DNA of 64,000 nt. Source: Dehalococcoidia bacterium. GTDB lineage: Bacteria > Chloroflexota > Dehalococcoidia > UBA2979. The number at the start of each line of letters is the position of its first letter. The first letter of the stretch is position 1. A program made the translations under genes and the position numbers. Shown here one piece after another: positions 1 through 9,938 of the stretch. Below the pieces are notes generated by a model. The model searched no databases, was not told where the DNA came from, and worked only from the letters and a program-made list of their open reading frames with translations. The stretch spans positions 588,093 through 652,092 of the forward strand of contig CBDDEC010000004.1 in the NCBI GenBank assembly GCA_965226785.1. The letters are read 5' to 3'.

Positions 1-2
1 TA

Positions 3-845
3 ATGGCAGGTGCCAACAACGAAGCCGCCGCTGATCGAACTAGGGATGCCTGGATGCGCCACACGACACCCGAGATGTTCTATTCGGGGCTGCGACTGAG
101 TGACATGGAGGATGCCAGCGCGCTAGTCGGGGAGCTTCAGATGCCGACGCTCGTGGTCCACCGCCGAGAAGCGGGCGTTCCGGACGGCGCGCAGATCGCG
201 GGTCTCACGGCGTCCGTTCCCGACGGAACACTGCGCTTGCTTTCGGGCTCGGCGGTATACCCCGAACTCGGCGACCAGGCGGAGGCCGTGGAACTCATCT
301 CAGCATTCGCTGGGCTCGAGCCGCACGATCAAGCTCACGATCGGGCTGTCCAGACCATCCTCTTCACCGACCTCGCCGGTTCCACGTCGATGCAATCGCG
401 GCTCGGCGACGAGGCGGCGAGAAACGTTCTGCGCGCGCACGACGCTGCGGTGCGGCAGGCCATCGAGGAGTTCAACGGTCGCGAGATGAAGCACACGGGC
501 GACGGCATGATGACAGCCTTCGGCTCCGCCGCCGATGCCGTGAACTGCGCCCTCACCGTCCGCCGCGATATCGCGACGTACAACGACTCGCACGAAGGCG
601 AAGAGCTGCGCGTGCGCTTCGGGCTCAACGCGGGCGAGCCGATCGCGGAGGACGACGACCTCTTCGGGCTAAGCGTGACGCTGGCTGCGCGCATCGGGGA
701 CTGGGGCGAGCCGGGGCAGGTGCTCTGCTCGAACGTGGTGCGCGAACTGCTGCTCGGCAAAGAGTTCAAGTTCACCTCGGTGGGGAGCGCGGAGTTGAAG
801 GGGCTCGACGAGCCGGTACCGCTGTATCAAGTGCTGGGCCAGTGA
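3..845 (+). CDS. alpha/beta-hydrolase–class III nucleotidyl cyclase fusion protein, C-terminal part (5' end outside window)
   Basis: ORF is open to the window edge. Cyclase-domain motifs FTDLAGST, KHTGDGMMTAFG, GLNAGEP and LAARIGDWGEPGQV are present. About 85% identical over the last 150 aa to CDS 9939..11297. Confidence 0.75.
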   Translation: MAGANNEAAADRTRDAWMRHTTPEMFYSGLRLSDMEDASALVGELQMPTLVVHRREAGVPDGAQIAGLTASVPDGTLRLLSGSAVYPELGDQAEAVELISAFAGLEPHDQAHDRAVQTILFTDLAGSTSMQSRLGDEAARNVLRAHDAAVRQAIEEFNGREMKHTGDGMMTAFGSAADAVNCALTVRRDIATYNDSHEGEELRVRFGLNAGEPIAEDDDLFGLSVTLAARIGDWGEPGQVLCSNVVRELLLGKEFKFTSVGSAELKGLDEPVPLYQVLGQ

Positions 846-1335
846 GCGGGGGTGGGGGTGCCGAACAGACACTCCCGACCCGAGCTGTCCTGATCTACGA
901 CGGCACCTGACGGTTTTGTCGCGCAGCGGCGAGGTTTGTCGCCCGGCTCGATGCTCGCGAGCAAATCGCGTACCTGCCGTTCGAGCGCCTCGAGGCAGCG
1001 CAGCTGCTGCGGGCTACGCCGACCGATAACCGCGAGAACCATTGGCACGTGCTGACCCCAGACGGCGAGGACCTGGTCGGCGGTCGCGCTGGGGTGGCAG
1101 TCCTCGAACTGTTGGGGCGGACGCGTCTTCTGGGACACACGCTACGGGTCCTGCACCTGCACCCTGTCGTTCACGGCATGGACTGGCTCGTTGGGAGGCT
1201 CCGCTCTCGTCTTGGCCGATTCGTAGATCCTGGTCCCGGCCCAGAACGATATCCGTAGGACGCGCGCGACACTTGCCCCGCGTCGACGATCTACGTGCTC
1301 GCTACGCAGCGGCTACCTCATAGGACACGTACTAT

Positions 1336-2631
1336 TTGGCCTCCATGCTGTCGAACTGGTCCTCAGCCACGTTCCGGGCCCTGCGGAATCGTCACTTCCG
1401 TATGCTCTGGTTCGGCACGGCTTTTTCGTTTCTCGCTTTCAACATGTCCTGGATCGTCCAGAGTGTGGTTGCGTTCGACATCACCGGGAAGAACACCTCG
1501 GTAGGGGTCGTCTTCACGGGAATGGGGATCGCCACACTGTTCGTCGCCCCGTTTGGCGGCGTCATCGCCGACCGCGTCTCCAAACGCCGACTGCTCCTTC
1601 TGGGGCAGTCGGCGATGTGCCTAACCGTCTTCGTGGTCGGCGTCCTGGTGTTCACAGACAGAATCACGATCCTGTGGCTCTTCCTGTCGACACTGTTGAT
1701 GGGGCTCGTCTTCTCGTTCATCGCCCCCGCGAGACAGGCATGGGTCGGCGAGATTCTTCCGGAGGAAGAAATTCCAAACGGCGTCGCCCTCACTCAGGTC
1801 GCAATGGCGGGTACGCGAGTTATCGGTCCCGCCCTTGCCGCCATCTTCCTCGCTCTGGCCTTCGTTGGTGCCGGTGGGACGTACCTCCTTATGGGCGTCT
1901 TCCTGGCGATTGTCGTCGCGACGCTCGTCCTGCTACCTCCCACCCGGAGCATCCCTGCGCGTGATCGCAGCCCAGTCCTTGATGATCTTCGGGATGGGTT
2001 CCGGCACATTGTCGGTCGACCGCGTTTGCGACTCCTGGTGCTCAGCTTCATCGGCATCACGGTGACGGCCTTCTCATCCCAGGTCGTATTCCCTGGACTG
2101 CTGGAGAACGAATTGGGTATCGACCCCGAACAAGGTCTGGGGCCCGTGTACGTCGTCTCAGCAATTGCTGGGCTGATCGCGACCGTGCTGCTCGCAGCTG
2201 CGGCGAGTGGTGGCCACGCTTGGCGCTTGATGCTGATATCAGGCGTAGCTCTCGGCGTTGGCACGACGGCGACAGCCTTCGTACCGAGCTACCTCGCTCT
2301 CGTCATCCTGATGATCCCGGTCGGGGTCGCCATGAGCGCCTTCCAACTCCTCAACAATGCCTTGGTCATGCGAGAGTCGGAACCAGCCTTCTACGGCCGC
2401 GTCATGTCGCTCACGATGATCGCCTGGGGGCTGAACAGCCTCGCCGGCCTCCCGTTTGGGATGTTGGCGGACAGCGCTGGCGAACGAGAGTCTTTGGTCG
2501 TGATGGGTGTGCTCGCTACCGTCGTGGCTGTGGGAGTGATGCTGATATTCGCTCGGCTTCGGGAGCAAGAGTCACGGGACCTATCGGCAGCAAGGGCGAC
2601 GGGCGTCGCAAGTGAGTTCCGAAGCGGCTGA
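1336..2631 (+). CDS. MFS transporter
   Basis: 431 aa with about 12 predicted TM helices. MFS-like loop motif GGVIADRVSKRRLLLLG. A degenerate paralog fragment lies at 37176..37830. Confidence 0.8.
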   Translation: MASMLSNWSSATFRALRNRHFRMLWFGTAFSFLAFNMSWIVQSVVAFDITGKNTSVGVVFTGMGIATLFVAPFGGVIADRVSKRRLLLLGQSAMCLTVFVVGVLVFTDRITILWLFLSTLLMGLVFSFIAPARQAWVGEILPEEEIPNGVALTQVAMAGTRVIGPALAAIFLALAFVGAGGTYLLMGVFLAIVVATLVLLPPTRSIPARDRSPVLDDLRDGFRHIVGRPRLRLLVLSFIGITVTAFSSQVVFPGLLENELGIDPEQGLGPVYVVSAIAGLIATVLLAAAASGGHAWRLMLISGVALGVGTTATAFVPSYLALVILMIPVGVAMSAFQLLNNALVMRESEPAFYGRVMSLTMIAWGLNSLAGLPFGMLADSAGERESLVVMGVLATVVAVGVMLIFARLREQESRDLSAARATGVASEFRSG

Positions 2632-2818
2632 AAATCGAGGCGGACACTAGGGAAATCCTCATCTCGGAAGTGGTGCGACAGGCGGTGGCGGGCAAGGCCT
2701 TCGAGTTCGAGGACCGCGGCGAGGTGGAGCTGAAGGCTTCGACCGGCCGGTGCGGGCGTGGGCCGTACGCTTGGTCTGGTAACCCGGTCAGCCACCTTGA
2801 GCCCGAAACGGCGTTAGT

Positions 2819-2879
2819 GGGCCGCGCAAAATAGAAATTGAGATTGACGGTTCGAACCCTTTCAGGGTCGCCATACCCG
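2819..2879. repeat. conserved ~58-bp intergenic repeat, copy 1 (GGCCGCGCAAAATAGAAATTGAGATTGACGGTTCGAACCC..GGGTCGCCATACCCG)
   Basis: Near-identical to 7849..7906. An internal hairpin ACCCT-TTC-AGGGT matches copy 2 (ACCCG-TTC-GGGGT) with compensatory changes. Confidence 0.6.
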
Positions 2880-2912
2880 CCTCCATCCTGTTCGTGATAT
2901 GACTCCAACCGA

Positions 2913-3572
2913 TTGTCGGATGACTATCGGGTTGCGTGGAGGGCAGAGCAAATGGTTGATACGAACGTCTGGTGGAACCGACTCAGTGCCGTGAGCGGCC
3001 TGATTGCCGTCGTTGTGCTCGCGGCGGCATTCGCGGTGACCGGGGCGTTTGACGGGGACATCGATCCGTCAGACTCAGCTCAGACCATCGCCAATGAACT
3101 GGCCCACCGCGACATCGGGATGGGCCCGGTGATCGTCCTCGCGGGCATGCTGGTCTTCCTCGTATTTGCTAGCTACCTCAGACGCCACATCATGCGGGCG
3201 CACGATTCCTGGCTCGTCGACCTCTTCTACGGCGGCGCGTTGCTGATCGTGGCGGCGGTCTTCGCGTTCGCGGCGCTCTCCTTGTCTATGGATGCGCTCG
3301 ACGATCCGCGTGCCAACCCAGAGATCGCCAAGACGCTCTTCGTCATGGAGTGGAATCTCATCTGGATTCTTGGGCCTGGGATCATCGCCACCGCCGGTGC
3401 TGCCGCGGCGATGAGTATCCGATTCGGGGCGCTGCCCACATGGCTCGGTTGGTTCTCGGTCCTCGTGGCCATGACCGGCCTGATGCCGTGGATCGGTGCC
3501 CTCGCCTTCCTACTGTGGGTCGGCGTTGTTAGTGCGACGCTGCTTGTCGAGCAGTTCAGAACGGCGTCGTAG
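2913..3572 (+). CDS. hypothetical integral membrane protein
   Basis: 219 aa, multiple hydrophobic helices, good codon bias. No family recognised. Confidence 0.55.
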   Translation: MSDDYRVAWRAEQMVDTNVWWNRLSAVSGLIAVVVLAAAFAVTGAFDGDIDPSDSAQTIANELAHRDIGMGPVIVLAGMLVFLVFASYLRRHIMRAHDSWLVDLFYGGALLIVAAVFAFAALSLSMDALDDPRANPEIAKTLFVMEWNLIWILGPGIIATAGAAAAMSIRFGALPTWLGWFSVLVAMTGLMPWIGALAFLLWVGVVSATLLVEQFRTAS

Positions 3573-3796
3573 CTGCGTCCAGGTGACAAACATCGAGGGG
3601 CCCCGCTTCGGCGGGGCTTCTGCATCGCCGCCGCCGTATCTAGGCCTGGGCTTCGACCTGACCCCCAATGTGGATCCGGGGAGCCCGCCCCGGCCGAGAG
3701 AGTAGCGAGGGACCTCTGAGGCTCGGAGAGACGCGGGGCGTCGTACGTGAGTCGACCGATATCGTTACAGTGCGTGTCTCGAACAGGGGGCTCCCC

Positions 3797-4204
3797 ATGC
3801 CGATCGATCCACCGAGCGGAATTAGCCACTTCGCCATCCGCGTCAGAGATATTGAAAGCGCCAAGAAGTTCTACGGCGAGACCCTCGGCTGGACGATGGT
3901 CCGCGAGACGAAGCGTGAAGAGGACACGGTCATCAATTTCGTGCTCGGAGGCACGATGTTCGGGATCCGTGGCAGCCACGCAGCAACAGACAGCGACGAC
4001 ACGTTCAATCCCTTCCGCGTCGGTCTCGATCACCTCGCCCTTCCCGTGACGGACGAGGCCGACCTTCCGAAACTGGTCGCCCAGCTCGACGAGGCAGGCG
4101 TGCCCCATGCGGGCATCCAGGAGCAGTCCGGGTCGAAGTTCATCTGCTTCAAAGACCCCGACGGCATTCCCTGGGAGCTCTTCTTCGCACCTCCAAGGGG
4201 CTAA
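3797..4204 (+). CDS. VOC/glyoxalase-family protein
   Basis: Motifs ISHFAIRVRDIESAKKFYGETLGW and LDHLAL. Start taken at the internal ATG (MPIDPP); the ORF extends upstream to 3668. Confidence 0.65.
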   Translation: MPIDPPSGISHFAIRVRDIESAKKFYGETLGWTMVRETKREEDTVINFVLGGTMFGIRGSHAATDSDDTFNPFRVGLDHLALPVTDEADLPKLVAQLDEAGVPHAGIQEQSGSKFICFKDPDGIPWELFFAPPRG

Positions 4205-4360
4205 CCAAGGCTGGCGAGAACCGGGCTGTACCCCGTTCAGGCTCCCATGGCCGGCTCGAGGCACGAGTCGGACGCCGCTGAATTCGATGCTCGTGGTGTC
4301 ACCATCGCCGCCAACAAGGCGTAACGCGGGGACCGGACCCCGACGGCTGGCGGCGAGCGA

Positions 4361-5134
4361 TCAGCGTCCGCGGTAGACCGGCGTGCGCTTCTCCCACCAG
4401 GACGCGCGGCCCTCGGCCGCATCCTCGCTACCGCGAGTGCGGTCGCTCAGCTCGAGCTCCCGCGCCAACGACTCGCGCAGACTGTGCTCAGCGGAGTAGT
4501 CGATCGCCGCCTTGAAGACCCCGGACGTGATCGTGGGCAGCTGCGCCAGCATCGAGATGTACTCGGCGGCACGCTCGTCGAACTCTTCGAGCGGCCACAC
4601 GTAGTTGGCCCAGCCCCACGCCAGCGCCTCCTCGGCGCCAAGATGGCGCCCGGTCATCAGCAGCTCGAGCGCCCGTCCGCGACCGACCAAGCGCGGCACG
4701 AACCAGGACGAGCCGCCGTTGAGCGCGATCGAGCGTTGGACGCGATGGTCGCCGACCTCGCAGTTGTCGGCCACGAGGCGCAGGTCGCAGGCCGAGGCCA
4801 GCTCCCAGCCGTGCCCGAGCGCAAACCCCTCGACGAGAGCCACGACCGGCTTCGGCAGATCGCGAATCGACAGCAGCAGCGGGTGGTGCACGGTATGCGA
4901 GCTGTCGACCCCCGGCTCCGGGTCCATCCCCTTGAGGTCATCGCCGGAGCAGAAGGCGCGGGAGCCCGCGCCGCGCAGGGTCACGAGCCGGACCTCCTGC
5001 GTCGCAGCCGCATGATCGATCAGCTGCTGCAGCTCGCGGAGCATGCGGAAGTTGAGCGCGTTCAGTCGCTCCGGACGGTTCAGCGTGATCGCCAGGGTCC
5101 CCTCGGCACTGTGCTCCCAGAGCACCTCGAACAT
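4361..5134 (-). CDS. enoyl-CoA hydratase/isomerase (crotonase) family protein
   Basis: Motifs TLNRPERLNALN and AFCSGDDL. Start set at MFEVLW (ATG 5134); the ORF is open to 5395. Confidence 0.7.
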   Translation of the reverse strand: MFEVLWEHSAEGTLAITLNRPERLNALNFRMLRELQQLIDHAAATQEVRLVTLRGAGSRAFCSGDDLKGMDPEPGVDSSHTVHHPLLLSIRDLPKPVVALVEGFALGHGWELASACDLRLVADNCEVGDHRVQRSIALNGGSSWFVPRLVGRGRALELLMTGRHLGAEEALAWGWANYVWPLEEFDERAAEYISMLAQLPTITSGVFKAAIDYSAEHSLRESLARELELSDRTRGSEDAAEGRASWWEKRTPVYRGR

Positions 5135-5644
5135 CTCGCGCTCCTCGATCGGGGGAAGGGCGCGAGCCTCGCCACGGCTGCCGGATCGCAGGTTCGTCAT
5201 CTCAGGCTCCTCGACGCGCTGAGAGCATAGCCGCGCCACCCACGTCGCGGCGTCCGCGCCCCGACCCTTGCGTCCGAGGTAGCGTAAGCCGAGACATGTC
5301 AATCCGCTCCAGCTTCGAGGCCCGCCTAACGTCGACCCGACACGCATATGGCGCTCAGAGGCATCGAGATCATCGTCTGGGATCGAAACCCGCACGGATG
5401 GGAGAACACACCGCCCGCCGACATCGAGATGTTCTCGAGTGAGCTGGTGACTTTGTGATCGGCCCGCTCATCGGGGGCGTGAGAACGGCTATCAACTGCC
5501 GACGATGGCGCGACGCAAGCAGGAGGATTGTGGTCTGAGATCTGAGAGAGCCGAGTGTGAGATCGTCCACCGGAACTGTCAGTCGATGCGCACCACACCC
5601 GACGCGTACTTGAAGCGCTGGCGCGCGATCCCGACAGCGCAGGC

Positions 5645-6268
5645 TCAATCACCGCTGGTCAGCAGTTCGGCCTCGAGCAGATCGCCAAGCCATCGCTCGT
5701 AGCGGGAAGGTGCCCAGCCGAGGCCATCCGTAGCGAGCAGATACTGCTCGGCACTCGTCAGGAGCCATAGACGCTCGGCGGCGTCCTTCGGTCTGACGCC
5801 CTCGCGTAGAGCGCCCTCGCTCGCTAGCTGACGGGTCAGCCTTGTGGTGCCCTCGCGTCGGTTGCGGTCTCCCTGTTCCGCCACGGCCGCTACATCGGGA
5901 TGACTCCGCGCCGCCATGAGCGCGCGGAGGATCGGCGCTCCCGCCTCGAAGAGCGCACGGTTGAACGAGACAAACAGCCTGAGCCGCTTGTGCGGGTCCG
6001 CCTCACCGAGCATGCGGGCCACCCATGCGTCCTCGTCGGCGGCCTGCTCGAGGTCATCAAGCATCGCGCCCACGATGCCAGCCTTCCCGCCGAACACGGC
6101 GTAGACCGTCTGAGATGACACGCCGGCTTTGTCGGCGATCTGGTCGATCGTGGTCCGCGCGAAACCCTTGGCCTCGAACAGTTCCCGTGCGGCACGGCGA
6201 AGCCTGAGCTTCGTCTCCTCGGCTTGCTCCTCGCGAAGCGTCGAGCGGTATCGGCGACGGCTTGTCAT
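5645..6268 (-). CDS. TetR/AcrR family transcriptional regulator
   Basis: N-terminal HTH RTTIDQIADKAGVSSQTVYAVFGGKAGI. 207 aa. Confidence 0.8.
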   Translation of the reverse strand: MTSRRRYRSTLREEQAEETKLRLRRAARELFEAKGFARTTIDQIADKAGVSSQTVYAVFGGKAGIVGAMLDDLEQAADEDAWVARMLGEADPHKRLRLFVSFNRALFEAGAPILRALMAARSHPDVAAVAEQGDRNRREGTTRLTRQLASEGALREGVRPKDAAERLWLLTSAEQYLLATDGLGWAPSRYERWLGDLLEAELLTSGD

Positions 6269-6356
6269 GGACTAATCCTACTTGACAGGAGTACCCGATA
6301 TTAGATATAGATCACTATAATCGTTATATTATCATCTCATGAGCTAGGGAGCCAGC
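6269..6356. promoter_or_regulatory. AT-rich divergent promoter/operator region between tetR-like gene and membrane-protein operon
   Basis: A locally AT-rich stretch (gatattagatatagatcactataatcgttatattatcatct) in a 68% GC background, with partial dyad symmetry (TAGAT...ATCTA). Separates divergent genes 5645..6268 and 6357..7040. Confidence 0.35.
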
Positions 6357-7040
6357 ATGGAGCAACTCCAGAACACACACCGCTCTAGCCCGGCAGTGCG
6401 ATGGTTGGCGCTTGGCGGGGTCGTGGGGTCGGCGCTGTTCGTCACGCTGATCGTTGTCGCCGGCCTCCTCGACGAGGGCTACAGCCACACCAGCCAGGCG
6501 ATCAGCGAGCTCGGCGGCGAGGGTGCCGACTACCCCGCCCTCCAGAGCGCGAACTTCATCGTCTTTGGCCTCCTTGTCGTTGGATTCGCCTGGGCTCTGG
6601 GTCGCCATCTCGGGGGCTCCCTTCTCGGCCCCGCGCTGATCGCCTTCTTCGGACTGACCACTGCCATCGGGAACGGCGTGCTGCAGTGTGATCTCGGCTG
6701 CGAAGGGCAATCCACCGAGGGCCTGCTGCACAACATCAGCGGCGTCTCAGGATTCGTGGCGGCCATCGTCGGCATGTTCGTGCTGGTGCGACGGTGGCGG
6801 CCCGACCCCACTTGGCAGTCTCACGCCCGCTTCACCCGTGTGATCGCACTCGTCGCTCTCGGGGGTCTCGTCGCGTTCATCGCAACGCAGGGCTTGGAGG
6901 CCGAGGCGGTTGACGGGCTCGCTCAGCGCGTGTTCGCGGCGGCACTTCTGATCTTCATCGCCGTCACCGCACTTCGGCTGCACCGAGAAGTGAGTCGATC
7001 CGCGATCGTGGCAGCGTCCAGCTCGACGAGGTCGGAGTAG
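6357..7040 (+). CDS. hypothetical membrane protein
   Basis: 227 aa, about 6 TM helices. Immediately followed by a second membrane-protein gene. Confidence 0.55.
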   Translation: MEQLQNTHRSSPAVRWLALGGVVGSALFVTLIVVAGLLDEGYSHTSQAISELGGEGADYPALQSANFIVFGLLVVGFAWALGRHLGGSLLGPALIAFFGLTTAIGNGVLQCDLGCEGQSTEGLLHNISGVSGFVAAIVGMFVLVRRWRPDPTWQSHARFTRVIALVALGGLVAFIATQGLEAEAVDGLAQRVFAAALLIFIAVTALRLHREVSRSAIVAASSSTRSE

Positions 7041-7044
7041 AACT

Positions 7045-7722
7045 GTGACGCGGGCGATATCTCGTACTGAGGCGCACAAGCTGCTGGGCGCGTTGTCCGG
7101 AGTCGTCGTGGTGCTGGGCTTCACCGCGGTCCACTACGTCTTCATCTCCGACATCTGGGCCTACCTCGGACAGATGTTGTTCGCGGGCGCCCTGTGCGGC
7201 GTTTTCATCGTGTGGAGCTACCGCGAGGCGGTGACCGAGCACTCCACTGGGGCGTGGTTCCGCTATTGCGGACTGTACGCCGCCGAAATGATCGCCCTCG
7301 GAGGCGTATCGCTGCTCGTCCTACGGCCCCAATTCACGATGGCGGAGCTGCTGGCAGCCGACGATGCCTTCGATCGGCTGTTGCCACCGTCGATACCGCT
7401 GATGATTGGAGCGATGGCAACCGGCACGATTGTGATCTGGTGGTACTACGGTCGGCGGCGGGCTGCGCTCGCCCCGATCCTGGTGACACAGGTCATCCTG
7501 GTGTTCCTGCTGGGACACCAGTTCGCGTTCTTGGGTCTGGTGGAGCCGTCGACGTCGTTGCTCGTGGTGTTCGGCGAGTTCGCGCTGCTCACGATCGCCC
7601 TGGCGGCGGGGTTCGGCGCCAGCGTGATGTGGGCAGAGATGGCTGCGGAGGGCATTCGGGCGAGGGCCCAGCAGGCGCCGCGCGAGGCTCGCCACGACGG
7701 CGAGCAGAGGTCGAAACGATAG
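7045..7722 (+). CDS. hypothetical membrane protein
   Basis: 225 aa, about 6 TM helices. 4-bp gap after the previous gene, so probably co-operonic. Confidence 0.55.
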   Translation: MTRAISRTEAHKLLGALSGVVVVLGFTAVHYVFISDIWAYLGQMLFAGALCGVFIVWSYREAVTEHSTGAWFRYCGLYAAEMIALGGVSLLVLRPQFTMAELLAADDAFDRLLPPSIPLMIGAMATGTIVIWWYYGRRRAALAPILVTQVILVFLLGHQFAFLGLVEPSTSLLVVFGEFALLTIALAAGFGASVMWAEMAAEGIRARAQQAPREARHDGEQRSKR

Positions 7723-7848
7723 AGGTGCACTCCCCCACCACGCCTGCCGACCGCCGATTTCCGATTCGCTGCCGCCCCTTAGGGGTGCCGCGCGGAAATG
7801 AATAGTGGAGTGCCACCGCAATTCGAATCCGCGGCCTCCCCCTTAGGG

Positions 7849-7906
7849 GGCCGCGCAAAATAGAAATTGAGATTGACGGTCGAACCCGTTCGGGGTCGCC
7901 ATACCC
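7849..7906. repeat. conserved ~58-bp intergenic repeat, copy 2
   Basis: See copy 1 at 2819..2879. Preceded by a related partial unit (cccttaggggtgccgcgcggaaatgaatag) at about 7776..7806. Confidence 0.6.
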
Positions 7907-8037
7907 GTTTAACTCAGCCGCCCTCCCGGGGCGGCTCTCTCGTGTGAACGACAGCCGGCGCGGGCCGTCGAAAACCATCCTTACGCGGTTGAATCGGCCG
8001 AGCTTTGGCTGAGGCCGAACTTGCGCGCGATCGCCGC

Positions 8038-8346
8038 CTAGTCCAGCTGCTTCAATTCGACCTCAATCGTGTGCGTGGGCCCAACCAGAACCTCGGCGGC
8101 GTGCTCCTCCCCGTCGGACCAGACGGTGTCACCAGAACGCCGCTCCACGATCGAGACGCGCCCCGTTTCATCCGTGGACTTCATGCGGTACGAGTTGATA
8201 GCAACGATGACTCTCGGGGGATGTGAGTGCATCGCTAGCTCTGCGCCCTGTGGCAGCCTGATCTCGAGCACTCGGACGTGTTCATTCTCCATCGCCACCA
8301 GATGACCCTCGGGATCCACGACGGTGGAGTCAGGTGACCGCGCCAT
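8038..8346 (-). CDS. hypothetical protein (possibly cupin-like)
   Basis: 102-aa ORF with coding-like composition. Weak cupin-like segment HSHPPRVIVAINSYRMKS. No strong motif. Confidence 0.35.
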   Translation of the reverse strand: MARSPDSTVVDPEGHLVAMENEHVRVLEIRLPQGAELAMHSHPPRVIVAINSYRMKSTDETGRVSIVERRSGDTVWSDGEEHAAEVLVGPTHTIEVELKQLD

Positions 8347-8492
8347 TTACTCTCCTCCATCGTCCGCGACCAGACCGCACGTAGCCGCTCGGCCAGGTCA
8401 GGCTTCGTGCGACGGAGCGTATCGCGTCCACGGCCCGCTATCATCACGTTCGCCATGAACCGAGAACTGCAGCACGTGACGTACGCAGTGGG

Positions 8493-9824
8493 GTGGGCGT
8501 GATAGACGCCCGTCTGATCCAGTACGCGATGACGGAAGACGGGGTGCGGATTGCTTTCACCGCCGTGGGCAGCGGACCACCGCTTATCCATCTTGCCCCC
8601 TCTGGCTGGGGTCACGCCGCTGCCGAGTGGGATGTCCCGGAGCTCAAGTATTGGTACGACCTGCTGAGTGCGTCGTTCCGCTTGATCAGGTACGACCATC
8701 GCGGATTCGGTTCTTCAGATCGCGCGCCGGTACTGGAGACGCTCGAGGATCGGACACACGACCTCGAAGCGGTCGTCGAGGCACTCGAGCTAGAAACGGT
8801 CGCGATTCTCGGCTGGCAATACGGCTCGCCGTCCGCCATCCGGTTCGCGGCGCGCCATCCCGATCTCGTTTCGCACCTGATCCTACTGAACGGCGGCGCA
8901 CGATCTGCCGACTTCGTCCAGAGCAACCGAACGAGCGACGCCATGCGTCAGCTGATGCATGACGAGTGGGAAGCCTACGCAGCCTTAATGGGGCTGAGGA
9001 CCTGGGGCTGGAACCGCGCCGAGACGGCGCGACGATGGGCGGCGCTCACGTCTGAGGCCGCGTCCGCTGAGGCGATGGAAGGGCACCTGGCGATCATCGA
9101 GGAATTCGATCTGTCGAACGAGCTCTCTGACATTCGCGCAAAGACACTCGTAGCGCAGCAAGGCGGCACGGTTTCGCAGGAAGGCACTGCGCTCGTGGCC
9201 AGGGCGATTCCCGACGTAGCCGTCGTCGCGTGGGACCGCCGTCATTGGCAGCCGTGGTGGGACCAGGAAACGGCGGACGCTGGATTCAAGCTGGTCAGCG
9301 ATTTCCTCCTCGACGGCGAACGGCCCTCGGAGAGCGCCGGGAGGCCCGCACTGCAGATTGTCCTCTTCACCGATGTCGAGGCGAGCACGCCGCTCACTCA
9401 GCGTCTCGGCGACGAGGGCGCACAGGAGCTGCTACGAGCCCACAACACAACCGTCCGAGGAGCCCTCGAAGAGCACGGAGGCCGCGAGGTGAAGCACACC
9501 GGCGACGGCATCATGGCGTCCTTCCCCTCGGCGGTATCCGCGGTCACGGCTGCATTGCAGATTCAGCGGGGGCTAGCTGGCGGCGAGGTGCGCGTGCGCG
9601 TCGGGCTGAACGCCGGTGAACCCATTGCTGAGGACGATGACCTCTTCGGACTCAGCGTCATCAAGGCGGCCCGCATCGCCGACCGCGCGGAGCCGGGTCA
9701 GGTGCTCGTCAGCAACGTGGTCATGGAGCTGTGCGAGGGCAAGACGTTCGAGTTCGCCTCGCTAGGAGCGGTAAGCCTCAAAGGGTTTGACGACGCGGTC
9801 GAGCTGTTCGAGGTGCGCGGTTGA
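8493..9824 (+). CDS. alpha/beta-hydrolase–class III adenylate/guanylate cyclase fusion protein
   Basis: N-terminal alpha/beta-hydrolase fold (LIRYDHRGFGSSD, GWQYGSPSAIRFAARHPD). C-terminal cyclase domain (FTDVEASTP, KHTGDGIMASFP, GLNAGEPIAEDDDLFG). Paralog of 9939..11297. Confidence 0.8.
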   Translation: MGVIDARLIQYAMTEDGVRIAFTAVGSGPPLIHLAPSGWGHAAAEWDVPELKYWYDLLSASFRLIRYDHRGFGSSDRAPVLETLEDRTHDLEAVVEALELETVAILGWQYGSPSAIRFAARHPDLVSHLILLNGGARSADFVQSNRTSDAMRQLMHDEWEAYAALMGLRTWGWNRAETARRWAALTSEAASAEAMEGHLAIIEEFDLSNELSDIRAKTLVAQQGGTVSQEGTALVARAIPDVAVVAWDRRHWQPWWDQETADAGFKLVSDFLLDGERPSESAGRPALQIVLFTDVEASTPLTQRLGDEGAQELLRAHNTTVRGALEEHGGREVKHTGDGIMASFPSAVSAVTAALQIQRGLAGGEVRVRVGLNAGEPIAEDDDLFGLSVIKAARIADRAEPGQVLVSNVVMELCEGKTFEFASLGAVSLKGFDDAVELFEVRG

Positions 9825-9938
9825 GGGCGGCTCTGATGGGAACCAGTCGCTGACTCGCCCACGCTTTAGCGGTCGGTGAGCGCCACTCCGTACGGCTACT
9901 ATGCCTTTCGTTATTGAGCCTCCGTTCAACAGGGTCAG

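Noticed and set aside
8235-8699. 154-aa minus-strand ORF
   Set aside because: It overlaps the start of the well-supported hydrolase–cyclase gene on the opposite strand and has no motifs. Its composition is typical of antisense high-GC ORFs.
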